Assembly: GCA_005799025.1 (NCBI GenBank)
Contig: SYHX01000034.1
Location: 6,536 to 70,535, forward strand
DNA from: Bacteroidota bacterium
GTDB taxonomy: Bacteria; Bacteroidota; Bacteroidia; UBA7662
Reading direction: 5' to 3'
Length of the DNA: 64,000 bases
This document shows positions 1 through 9,176 of the stretch, piece after piece; positions within the stretch are counted from its first letter, which is position 1, and each line of letters opens with the position of its first letter. The notes under the pieces are model-generated. The model searched no databases and was not told where the DNA came from. It saw only the letters and a program-made list of their open reading frames with translations. The translations under genes were made by a program, and so were the position numbers.

Positions 1-3000
1 CAAGATTCGGTGGTTCTCGCCTTCCCCAGCCGCGATAATTACGGGATTAACGCAGAGAATTCATCAAATGTGACCATTAGCGGGAATGCCTTCCGAGGTT
101 TCGCCACCGCGGTGGCCTTAGGCTCCAGCTCGGGCTCTGCCCTCACTCTAAATCAAATTACCAATAATTCTTTCGTTGGTTATTTGGATGCCATAACGGC
201 CTTTGATCAATTGGGAATGCTTATCTCGGGAAATACCTTCGATCAACAGCGTCCCAACGGAATGGCCGCGGTGACCCTCAACCAGGTTTCGGCCTGCCAG
301 GTGCATTCTAATCGATTTTCCGGGGTTGTTTACAATGCTCAAATCCGGGTTACGAATTCGAACGATAGTATCGGGCAACCGACTCGTTTATACAACAATT
401 CCATTGCGGTAGATTTCAACCCCAGCGGGGTTTTTGGTTTGAACGCTCCTATTCTTATTGAAGGATTTTCGGATACCTCATTCGCATTTCCTGACCCCAA
501 GGACGGTATCGAATTGGCGTTCAACACCATCAAAGTGCGATGTCTTAGGAACAGCGCATCCACTTCCTTGAATTACGGGTTGATTCATGTAGTGGATAAC
601 ACCTTTGGTCCGATTGCCCAGACCTCACCTTTTGTAAACTTATCGATTTACAACAATAATCTTTATGCAGAATCCGTGGGAGGCTCGGCTGTGCCTTCCT
701 CCTGGGCGGCCTTGTTGTTGGAAACGGATTCCATCGCCCGTAGCTGCACAAGTAACTACAATAACTTCTATCACAAGCCAATACCTGGCCAAACCCAAGG
801 GGGGAATTTGATTTCCATACAATTGCTAAATCTATCCTTTGCAACTTGCAGTTCTTGGACCGCTGCCTATAGCAAGGACAGCAATTCCGTTTCCTTGAAC
901 CCGGTTTTTGCAGGAGCTAATTTGTCTATTCCTTTATCGGCCACATTCAACGACCTTGGGACACCCTTTGGGGGAATTGGAAGTGATTTCAACGGCGTAA
1001 CTCGCAACACCATTACTCCCGATATTGGGGCCTTTGAATTCACACCTTCGCCCAACGATGTAGGGGTGATTTCTTTGGTTAGTCCTGTTTCCGGTTGCGG
1101 ATTAGGGAGCGCTTTACCCGTAAGCGTGCGCCTTGTGAATTTTGGGACGGTGGCCCAGTCCAATTTCGGTTTGGCCTACTCTTTAGGAGGTGGAACCCCT
1201 GTTGCAGAGACTTTTACCGGGACCATTAATCCTGGAGATACGGTCTTGTTCACGTTTACAGGGTTTGTAAATCTTTCTACACCAGGAACCTACACCTTTG
1301 CGGCCTACACGACCTTGGGATCGGATGGGCAGAATTTGAACGATACTGTGACAGTCTCCGTTTTGAGTGTACCTCTAATTGGTACCATGCCGTATTACGA
1401 AGATTTTGAAGCATCGGCAGGTGGATGGTCTTCTTATGGTACGAATAATTCTTGGCAAAGAGGAACCCCCACAGGGCCTGTCATTACGTCGGCAGGTGGT
1501 GGCACCCAGAGTTGGACCACCAATTTGACAGGAGATTATAACAACAATGAATTGAGCTATTTGGAATCACCTTGCCTTAATTTGACCACCTTAACAAGTC
1601 CGCAGGTTCGTTTCAAGGTCTGGTGGGAGACGGAACGAGGCTGGGATGGAATGCAATTGCAATATTCCATCGACGGTGGCGCAACTTGGATGGTTGCAGG
1701 TACGGTGGCTTCAGGGATTAATTGGTACAACAGCGCCTTGACCAACGGGCCAGGGACGGGTTTAGCATGTTGGAACGGTTCGGCTACCGGCTTCCCCCCT
1801 GGTGGTTCACAGGGTTGGCTCACTGCGCAGCATAATCTTCCCTCCTTGGCAGGGTTATCGGGAGTTAAATTTAGATTCTTGTTTGTATCGGATGCTTCTG
1901 TTGCCGGAGACGGAGTAGCTATTGATGATTTTCGGGTTTCGGACCCGCCTCCGGTTGAAGCGAAACTGGCCGCCATCACGGCGCCTTTGACAGGTTGCGG
2001 TCTGCCCAACAATGCCCAGGTCAGTATTCGGGTCAAAAATCAAGGGACTCAAACTTTAAGCAATATTCCTGTTCATTACCGTATCAATGCATTGGCTCCA
2101 ATTGCCGAAGTTATGCCGGGTCCTATTGCCCCCGGGGACTCATTGGTTTATAATTTCAGTACACGTGCTAATTTGTCTGTTGTGGGCACCTATACCCTCA
2201 CGGCCTTCACGGCAGTACCTGGCGATGCAGATTTGAGCAACGATACGGTTAGAACCAATGTGACCCATATACCACAGGTGAGCTCCCTGCCCTATATCCA
2301 GAATTTTGAAGCCAATAACGGGGGCTTGACATCGGGCGGTAGCAACAATTCATGGGCTTGGGGTGTACCATCCGGTGTAGTAATCAACAATGCAGCAAGT
2401 GGTCAACGTGCTTGGGTAACAAATCTGGGGGGTGATTATAATAATAACGAGCTGAGCTACTTGCAATTACCTTGCTTTACCTTCTCAAGTATCCAAAACG
2501 CCAACATTAGCTTTAGCATTAATTTTTCGACAGAGGATATGTATGATGGGGTTAACCTGCAATATTCCACCGACGGTGGTGCAAGTTGGCAGGTTTTGGG
2601 TGCCGTTGGAAGCGGCACAAATTGGTATTCCTCACCCTCTGTTTCTTCATCCAACGGGCAACCGGTATGGGATGGTGGCTCGAACGGATGGTTGCGGGCC
2701 TCGCATTCCTTGTCCGCTTTGAACAATGCTTCTTCGGTCCTCATGCGTTTTGTGTTTAGTTCGGATGCCTCGTTGACCGAGGAAGGGGTTGGTATCGATA
2801 GCATCGTGATTGGAAATACCCCCGTGAATGTCCCCGATATTGGTGTGGCCCAATTGTTGACGCCTACCGCTCCAGCATTGAACCAGGATCATAACGTCAA
2901 GGTGGTCATCCGAAATTTTTCTGCCAATGCAATCAACAGTTATTTGGTGAGTTATACGGTGAACGGGATTTTGGTGGATGCCAATACCCTTTCGCGCTCC

Positions 3001-3438
3001 ATACAGCCCAACGATACCATTCATCACATTTTCACAGGTCGATGGAGGCCAACGGTGGGCGGTACGCATCGTCTTTGTGCCTACACGGGCCCTGTTCCCG
3101 GTCAGACCAACAATGCCAACGATACCGCTTGCCGAGTCTTTACTTCGGTTGGATTGAATGATAATCTCTCTACAGGATTGACCCTGTACCCAAATCCAGC
3201 CCAGACGGAGGCCTTGCTTCAGTGGGGTGAGGATATGGAGGTCCAAAGATTGGAATGGCATGATGCGGGTGGGCGCATGATCTACGCCAATGACTTTAAG
3301 GATCCATCGGGTATGGAAAGTGGTCGGGAAAAACAAGTCCGAGTTCTCGTGGCCCAGTGGTCACCGGGCTTGTATTATGGAACACTTACCCTACGCGACG
3401 GACACCGCCTTCGCTTGAAGTTGATGGTGCAGCCTTAG
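1..3438 (+). CDS. Large secreted T9SS cargo protein, 5'-partial. Parallel beta-helix N-terminal region, then two CARDB+MAM-like tandem repeats, a third CARDB-like module, and a T9SS C-terminal sorting domain.
   Basis: The ORF is open to the window edge in the same frame, and the track start at 10 is GTG. Beta-helix-like repeats are visible (NVTISGNAFRGF, ISGNTFDQQ, NNSIAVDF). Two repeats of about 300 aa share the strings SGCGL...NDTV (CARDB-like) and GDYNNNELSYL(E/Q)(S/L)PC...QYS(I/T)DGGA(T/S)W...GW (MAM-like). The C-terminal 85 aa (LTLYPNPAQTEALLQW...LKLMVQP) match the Por secretion tail motif. Confidence 0.7.
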   Translation, partial: QDSVVLAFPSRDNYGINAENSSNVTISGNAFRGFATAVALGSSSGSALTLNQITNNSFVGYLDAITAFDQLGMLISGNTFDQQRPNGMAAVTLNQVSACQVHSNRFSGVVYNAQIRVTNSNDSIGQPTRLYNNSIAVDFNPSGVFGLNAPILIEGFSDTSFAFPDPKDGIELAFNTIKVRCLRNSASTSLNYGLIHVVDNTFGPIAQTSPFVNLSIYNNNLYAESVGGSAVPSSWAALLLETDSIARSCTSNYNNFYHKPIPGQTQGGNLISIQLLNLSFATCSSWTAAYSKDSNSVSLNPVFAGANLSIPLSATFNDLGTPFGGIGSDFNGVTRNTITPDIGAFEFTPSPNDVGVISLVSPVSGCGLGSALPVSVRLVNFGTVAQSNFGLAYSLGGGTPVAETFTGTINPGDTVLFTFTGFVNLSTPGTYTFAAYTTLGSDGQNLNDTVTVSVLSVPLIGTMPYYEDFEASAGGWSSYGTNNSWQRGTPTGPVITSAGGGTQSWTTNLTGDYNNNELSYLESPCLNLTTLTSPQVRFKVWWETERGWDGMQLQYSIDGGATWMVAGTVASGINWYNSALTNGPGTGLACWNGSATGFPPGGSQGWLTAQHNLPSLAGLSGVKFRFLFVSDASVAGDGVAIDDFRVSDPPPVEAKLAAITAPLTGCGLPNNAQVSIRVKNQGTQTLSNIPVHYRINALAPIAEVMPGPIAPGDSLVYNFSTRANLSVVGTYTLTAFTAVPGDADLSNDTVRTNVTHIPQVSSLPYIQNFEANNGGLTSGGSNNSWAWGVPSGVVINNAASGQRAWVTNLGGDYNNNELSYLQLPCFTFSSIQNANISFSINFSTEDMYDGVNLQYSTDGGASWQVLGAVGSGTNWYSSPSVSSSNGQPVWDGGSNGWLRASHSLSALNNASSVLMRFVFSSDASLTEEGVGIDSIVIGNTPVNVPDIGVAQLLTPTAPALNQDHNVKVVIRNFSANAINSYLVSYTVNGILVDANTLSRSIQPNDTIHHIFTGRWRPTVGGTHRLCAYTGPVPGQTNNANDTACRVFTSVGLNDNLSTGLTLYPNPAQTEALLQWGEDMEVQRLEWHDAGGRMIYANDFKDPSGMESGREKQVRVLVAQWSPGLYYGTLTLRDGHRLRLKLMVQP
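1063..2820 (+). repeat. Internal tandem duplication of a CARDB+MAM-like module of about 900 nt (repeat 1 ~1063-1959, repeat 2 ~1960-2820) inside the cargo gene. A third degenerate CARDB-only copy lies at ~2821-3150.
   Basis: Protein-level repeat seen directly. Compare GDYNNNELSYLESPC at nt ~1531 with GDYNNNELSYLQLPC at nt ~2431, and QYSIDGGATW with QYSTDGGASW. Confidence 0.75.
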
Positions 3439-4955
3439 TGAATGCCTTGCATCATCCGCTTCATGGGGCGGTTGAGCAAAGCCAGGATGAGGGCGGCGGC
3501 CAAGGCGTAGTAGCCCAATTGGAGGTAACCGCTGGTATAGGCCATGAGTTTATCTTGGGCTGTACTGGCCTGGTCACTCAGGGACATGCCCGCACCCAAT
3601 AATCCAGCAACGTATTGACCGTAGGCCGAAGCCAAAAACCACATGCCCATCATAAGACCCTGCATGCGCAGGGGAGATAACTTGGTCATCAACGATAGCC
3701 CTATGGGAGAAAGGCAGAGTTCCCCAACACTAATTACCAAATACGCCAAAACAAAGATTTCGAGGGAGGCCATGCCTTGCGGGTTGGCAAAAAAACGATT
3801 GGCATAAAAAAGAATGAAGGCCAGACCCAGCATTGCAAAGGCCATAGAAAATTTGAGGATGGAATTGGGTTCGGCTCGGCGTGCACTGAGTCCTACCCAG
3901 ACCATGCCCAACAAAGGAGCGAATAGAATAACAAAGAAAGCATTGGCGGAATTATTCGCTGCGTTGGCGTCCATGGTAAATCCCCAAAAGTCCTGATTCT
4001 GAAGATTGTACAAGGCAAATTGGCTAAGGGAGCCTCCGCTTTGTTCAAAAAACGCCCAAAAAATAACCGAAAAAAGGATAAAGAGCATAGCCGCCCCTAG
4101 GCGTAGGTTTTCGCTTTTGGAAAGGGACCGCATTTCCCAGGCCAAATAAACCAAAGTCAAGGGGCCAATGATGGACATAAACCGATCCGTATAACGGGTA
4201 TCGGTAATCATAAACCAAACCGGCACGATGGCCAACAAGGAAATATAGTAGATCAAGGCTTCTCGACCCAGTCGGGGTTCCTGCGGCATATGCCGTAGGG
4301 GCGAAAGCCCTATGGAGCCAAACGACTTTTGGGTCATCAAAAAAACAAGAAGACTAATGCACATGGCCACCGCAACCAGATAAAAAGCAGCATTCCAGGA
4401 AATATTCTTGGCTACCAAAATCATAATGGTACCTCCCAAGAAAGCCCCGATATTGATTCCGGCATAAAACAAGCTAAATCCAGCATCCCTGCGGCTGTCG
4501 TTTTCGTGGTACAATTGCCCGACCATGGTCGAAATATTGGGCTTAAAAAAACCACTCCCGATGATGTTAAAACAAATCCCCAGATAAAAATTATTAACAG
4601 GATCCATACCCATGAGAATTCCGCCAATGCACATCAATATAGAACCCCATAACAACGATTTGCGAAATCCCAAAAAGCGGTCCGCCAGTATGCCGCCCAA
4701 GAAGGTGAACGCGTACACAAAGGATTGAATGGAACCGTATTGCAGGTTCGCTTGTCCATCACCGAGGCCAAGTTGGGTGACCATAAAGACCATTAACATC
4801 CCCCGCATTCCGTAGAAGCAGAACCGCTCCCACATTTCCACCATAAAGAGGTACCAAATTTGTTTGGGGTAGGTTCCCTTGAAGTCGCGGATGGACAACA
4901 AGGATTCCTGCTCCGATACGCTGAGGTGATCGGAGGGAGCTGTAGAATTGCTCAT
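3435..4955 (-). CDS. POT/PTR2 family proton-dependent di/tripeptide permease (paralog 1, 506 aa)
   Basis: PTR2 signature strings YLFMVEMWERFCFYGMRG, GGILADRFLGFRKSLLWG and FYAGINIGAF. About 12-14 hydrophobic segments. Confidence 0.85.
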   Translation of the reverse strand: MSNSTAPSDHLSVSEQESLLSIRDFKGTYPKQIWYLFMVEMWERFCFYGMRGMLMVFMVTQLGLGDGQANLQYGSIQSFVYAFTFLGGILADRFLGFRKSLLWGSILMCIGGILMGMDPVNNFYLGICFNIIGSGFFKPNISTMVGQLYHENDSRRDAGFSLFYAGINIGAFLGGTIMILVAKNISWNAAFYLVAVAMCISLLVFLMTQKSFGSIGLSPLRHMPQEPRLGREALIYYISLLAIVPVWFMITDTRYTDRFMSIIGPLTLVYLAWEMRSLSKSENLRLGAAMLFILFSVIFWAFFEQSGGSLSQFALYNLQNQDFWGFTMDANAANNSANAFFVILFAPLLGMVWVGLSARRAEPNSILKFSMAFAMLGLAFILFYANRFFANPQGMASLEIFVLAYLVISVGELCLSPIGLSLMTKLSPLRMQGLMMGMWFLASAYGQYVAGLLGAGMSLSDQASTAQDKLMAYTSGYLQLGYYALAAALILALLNRPMKRMMQGIH

Positions 4956-4969
4956 GAAGGTGGGGTGGT

Positions 4970-6694
4970 TTAAAGGACGTTATTTTCCTTCATGACGGAA
5001 TTCAGCCAACGAAGCATCAGGAACAAAAGCAAGGCTGCGGCCATCACCAATCCGAAGTTCAGCATGAAGAAATCTTTTTTGTCATCGAAGCTCTCCCAAA
5101 GGCTAGAGAGCATCCCGGACATTTTGTTGCCAACCGATACCGCCAAAAAGAACCCGCCCATCATCAGGGCCGTGATTCTGGGTGGGCTTAGTTTGGAAAC
5201 CAAGGACAAGCCCATGGGGGACAAACAAAGTTCACCAACGGTAATCACACCGTATGAGGCCATTAGCCAAAAAGAACCGGCTTTCATGTTAAGGTCGTTG
5301 GTGGCCATAACGGCTCCGACCATCACTAATGCAGATAGGGCTGTGATGACCAGACCGAAGGCGATTTTGGTAGGCGTGCTGGGTTCCTTACCGCGCGACC
5401 GAAAGAATCCCCAAACGCCTACCATAACAGGTGTCAAAAGGACGACCCAAAAGGGGTTCATGGACTGGTATAATTCAGTAGAATACAGCCTTAGGCTCTG
5501 TCCCGAAGGTGGTATCTGCTTCTTAGGCAGATTCTTGAAATAGGCCCTGGACTTTTCGGCCTGGGACACGTTTTCGGAATATTCGGCTTTGGCTTTGAGT
5601 TCATCCGCCGTGTTGCCGGGCATAGCGTTTTCTTGAGCTCGCTTCATTTTCATGGCGATGCCAAATTTTTCGTCGTTCATTTGAACGATTCCGTGGTTGG
5701 TGACTACCTGGGCCATGCCGAAATTTTCGGCTGCTGGGGCTATTGCCGCCGGCATTTCCCTGTCGGTATAGTCCTCAGCCCAAACTGTTAAGGCATCTCC
5801 GTTTTGATGGAAAATTGCGAAAAACAGAATAACACAGGAGAAAACTGCCAATAACGCCTTGATGGCTCTGCGCTCCTTGGCTTCGGCCGTGAAGGCGAGG
5901 TACACGAAGAAGGCGATTACCGGTATACACCCAATAATGAAGGCATCGTTGGTATCGGTACCCAATAGATTGCCCGGTATAGCGTATCCGATGGCCCCAA
6001 AGACAAACATAGGCAAAAGGGTCATGGATAGAATTTTGAGGGTGGACATATCCCCCTCCTTGAGGGGCTTGACTTGGTCCACATGCTTGATATGCGGAAT
6101 CCCCAGGAGGAAAATAGCGACTCCAATCAACATACCGACACCGGCCGCGGCAAAGGCATGCCCCCAGCCATAATTGATCCGCATGTAGGCTGCAACGAAA
6201 TTGCAAATAAAGGCGCCCACATTGATACCCATATAGAAAATATTGAAGCCCGAGTCCTTCTTGTTTTTGAGGGCATCCGTATTATAGAGGTTACCCACCA
6301 AGGTGGAGATATTCGGCTTGAAGAATCCATTGCCAAGGATAATCAGGGCCAAAGCAGCATAGAAGGTTTCGATACTGTGCACCGATAACAAGAAGTAACC
6401 GGAGGCCATCATCAGACCACCCAGGATAATGGACCTTCGGTAGCCAAGCATGCGGTCAGCCAGGAGTCCACCTATGAAGGGGGTCAGGTAAACCAAACCC
6501 AAATAGGTGCCGTAGATATCGGATTTGGTTTTGGAGTCAAAACCCATGCCCCCGTTATTCCAGCCATCGAGCATGTATAGCGAGAAAATACCCAGCATGA
6601 GGTAATAGCCAAATCTCTCCCACATTTCGGTGGCAAAGAGGTACCATAATCCGGTAGGGTGGCGGTCGGAGGCAGCGTTGTTGTTGTTGCTCAT
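4970..6694 (-). CDS. POT/PTR2 family di/tripeptide permease (paralog 2, DtpT-like with a large hydrophilic loop)
   Basis: Signature strings GLWYLFATEMWERFGYY, GGLLADRMLGYRRSIILGG and FYMGINVGAF. A hydrophilic insert of about 110 aa (AEDYTD...NPFW) sits between the TM bundles, as in DtpT-type POTs. The track ORF runs to 6727; the likely real start is Met12, giving MSNNNN.... Confidence 0.85.
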   Translation of the reverse strand: MSNNNNAASDRHPTGLWYLFATEMWERFGYYLMLGIFSLYMLDGWNNGGMGFDSKTKSDIYGTYLGLVYLTPFIGGLLADRMLGYRRSIILGGLMMASGYFLLSVHSIETFYAALALIILGNGFFKPNISTLVGNLYNTDALKNKKDSGFNIFYMGINVGAFICNFVAAYMRINYGWGHAFAAAGVGMLIGVAIFLLGIPHIKHVDQVKPLKEGDMSTLKILSMTLLPMFVFGAIGYAIPGNLLGTDTNDAFIIGCIPVIAFFVYLAFTAEAKERRAIKALLAVFSCVILFFAIFHQNGDALTVWAEDYTDREMPAAIAPAAENFGMAQVVTNHGIVQMNDEKFGIAMKMKRAQENAMPGNTADELKAKAEYSENVSQAEKSRAYFKNLPKKQIPPSGQSLRLYSTELYQSMNPFWVVLLTPVMVGVWGFFRSRGKEPSTPTKIAFGLVITALSALVMVGAVMATNDLNMKAGSFWLMASYGVITVGELCLSPMGLSLVSKLSPPRITALMMGGFFLAVSVGNKMSGMLSSLWESFDDKKDFFMLNFGLVMAAALLLFLMLRWLNSVMKENNVL

Positions 6695-6825
6695 AGGTTG
6701 GTTTGGAAGTGAAACAAGGGCCTGCAAGGGCTAGCGGTTGTGAAATTAAGCGAAAACCCAAGAAATTGACCTATAGCATGCCTTTCTGGGTTACGAAAAC
6801 GAATCAAAGTGATCCAAACAAGCGT

Positions 6826-9153
6826 TTAAAGGTTTTTTTGGAGGAAACCGGTGATTTTGGTGAACAACTGCAAGCGGGTTTTGCCCCCGCTGATCCCGTG
6901 GTTCTTGTCGGTGTAGGTGATGAATTCAAAGTCTTTGTTGAGGTCCACCAGACGTTTGGCCATGACAGCGGCATTTTGGTAATGCACGTTGTCATCTGCG
7001 GTTCCGTGGATTAGGAGGTAGTTTCCTGCCAATTTGGCTGCATGGTTTTCCGGAGAATTATCGTCGTAACCTTCCGGATTTTCGGATGGCAATCCCAGGA
7101 AACGCTCTGTGTAGATGGAATCGTAAAAGCGCCAGTTGATTACCGGTGCAACGGCCACCGCGGCCTTGAAGACCTCGGCACCTTTGGTGATTGCCAGGGA
7201 GCTCAGGTAGCCTCCAAAAGACCATCCGAAAATGCCAATCCGTTGAGCATCTACCCATGAAAGTTTCCCAAAATACCGGGCAGCCGCAATTTGATCATCG
7301 CATTCTAGCTTGCCCAATTGCCGGTAGGTGGCCTTCTCGAAAGCTGCACCTCGGTACCCTGTTCCTCTGCCGTCCACCGAAGCGACGACATAACCGAGGG
7401 TGGTCAGGTATTGAAACCACAGGTGGTACTGGCCCAGAGAGGCATCCACGGTTTGACTACCCGGACCACCGTAGACAAACATCAGGAGGGGGTAGCGCTT
7501 CTTGGGATTAAAATTCTGAGGATGAATTACATAGGCGTTAAGCATCGTTGAGTCGGCGCCAGGAACTTGCATAAAAGATTTGGGGCCCAGAGGAGCTTTT
7601 TGCAATTGAAGTTGAAGGGCTTTATTATCCTGCAGTACCCGAATTTCTTGGTCTCTGCGATGCAGACTAACCCGCAGAGGCTGGTCTAAATTGGTGTGTT
7701 GCAACACATGGTAATCGTAGGTTGGACTAAATCGGGCGGTGGTTTTGCCATGCTCCTCCCCGATCAGCATTGCGGTAGGAATCGGCTGAGTCGGCGCCGA
7801 TTGTTGAGGCTGTAAGTTGGGGAGAGCGGCCCGAAAAAGCTGTCTTTCCATTGGTGTAGGAGATGCCAAAGCGTAGTAGTATTCGCCTCTAGCTTGGTCC
7901 ACCCCATAAAAATCCGTGATCTCCTGGCCATCAGGGCTGAGGGGGACCGTTTCATTCCCTTGCATGTCGTAGAGGTACAGGCGTTGGTATCCGGTCCTTT
8001 CACTGGAATGGACAAAGTGAGTCCCGCTTTTTAGAAAAACAAGATGATCATGTAGGTCCACCCAGGTTTCGGATTCCTCACGACGCAATAAACGCCGTGT
8101 CCCGCTTTGGCGGTCAACTAAGGATAAATCTAAACGATTTTGGGCCCGATTCATGGTTTGAACCCATGCCAAGCCGGCATCGTAAGTCCAGCCTATTCTC
8201 GCCAAATAATGTTCTGCATCGTCACCGGTACGGTGATCTTCCTCAAAGAGACAGCGGGGAGCTTTCTCGTTTAATTCCAAGATCCACAGGCTCACGGACG
8301 CGTTGGCTTCGCCGGCTTTGGGATATTTGAAACGCATCTCTTGCGGATATAGGTTGCCCTCGTAAAGGGGAATGCTCATTTGAGGAACTTTGGATTCGTC
8401 AAAACGCAGGTAGAGCAAGGCTTTGCTATCCGGTGACCATGCAAAAGCTCGGGTTAGTTCCAATTCTTCTTCGTAAACCCAATCCCCATGACCGTTGATC
8501 ACTTGATTGACGGCTCCGTCTTGGGTAATACGACGCAAACTTTGCCGATCCAAGTCTATGGTATAAAGATCGTTTTGGTAAACAAAGGCAATGGAGCGGC
8601 CGTCGGGTGAAAAAGTGGGGGCCATCACCTTGGCACTGTCCATCAAAGGGATTAGGCTGCGGTTGCTTCGGCTCCATACGAAATATACGGCTTTGGTCGA
8701 GTATCGATACACCGGTTCGGTTTGGGTGGCGAGCAGGAGTACCGTTTCATCAGGGGATAATTCAACATCATCCCAGATCAGACCTTCCGGGTAGCTTGAG
8801 GTTCGCAACCAGCTCTCCTTGAGTAAGGTATCGGTGACTTCACCGTTTTGGTAGGCATAAATAAGTAAGGCATTTTCTTGAGTAGAATCACCAATACGTT
8901 GGTTGTTGTAATAATGAATACCATCCATTAGGGGTTCCATAACACCGGCCCCTCGTTGGGAGTATTTTCCTGATGCAAAAATGGACTGCAGGCTTAGTGC
9001 GTTCTCAGGAGCAGGGGTATCCGTTACCGATGACACCTTTGGCTTATGGGAGGTGGTACGGGATTGGGCAAGCAGGGTTGGTGCACCGGGCCCAGCAGTC
9101 AAGGCCAAGAGGCAGCTTATCCCTGCCCATCGTAAGAACTTGTTAGGTATCAT
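6826..9153 (-). CDS. Dipeptidyl-peptidase IV / prolyl tripeptidyl peptidase-like serine peptidase (family S9B), secreted
   Basis: DPPIV N-terminal beta-propeller region, then a C-terminal alpha/beta hydrolase with the nucleophile motif GIFGWSFGGYLS and the strings HGTADDNVHYQNA and DKNHG. I trimmed the start to the internal Met (MIPNKFLRWAGISCLLALTAGPGAPTLLAQ), which gives a signal peptide and removes the overlap with the upstream TBDT. Confidence 0.8.
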   Translation of the reverse strand: MIPNKFLRWAGISCLLALTAGPGAPTLLAQSRTTSHKPKVSSVTDTPAPENALSLQSIFASGKYSQRGAGVMEPLMDGIHYYNNQRIGDSTQENALLIYAYQNGEVTDTLLKESWLRTSSYPEGLIWDDVELSPDETVLLLATQTEPVYRYSTKAVYFVWSRSNRSLIPLMDSAKVMAPTFSPDGRSIAFVYQNDLYTIDLDRQSLRRITQDGAVNQVINGHGDWVYEEELELTRAFAWSPDSKALLYLRFDESKVPQMSIPLYEGNLYPQEMRFKYPKAGEANASVSLWILELNEKAPRCLFEEDHRTGDDAEHYLARIGWTYDAGLAWVQTMNRAQNRLDLSLVDRQSGTRRLLRREESETWVDLHDHLVFLKSGTHFVHSSERTGYQRLYLYDMQGNETVPLSPDGQEITDFYGVDQARGEYYYALASPTPMERQLFRAALPNLQPQQSAPTQPIPTAMLIGEEHGKTTARFSPTYDYHVLQHTNLDQPLRVSLHRRDQEIRVLQDNKALQLQLQKAPLGPKSFMQVPGADSTMLNAYVIHPQNFNPKKRYPLLMFVYGGPGSQTVDASLGQYHLWFQYLTTLGYVVASVDGRGTGYRGAAFEKATYRQLGKLECDDQIAAARYFGKLSWVDAQRIGIFGWSFGGYLSSLAITKGAEVFKAAVAVAPVINWRFYDSIYTERFLGLPSENPEGYDDNSPENHAAKLAGNYLLIHGTADDNVHYQNAAVMAKRLVDLNKDFEFITYTDKNHGISGGKTRLQLFTKITGFLQKNL

Positions 9154-9176
9154 GGTGTCGAAAGGGGTCGAAAGAT

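Noticed and set aside
2647-3336. 229-aa minus-strand ORF (and several others of 60-160 aa, e.g. 1557-2036, 5775-6206, 14442-14771, 34131-34571, 57516-57878) lying antisense inside well-supported genes
   Set aside because: They are fully embedded in the opposite strand of genes with clear family motifs, have no recognisable domains, and show composition typical of antisense shadow ORFs.
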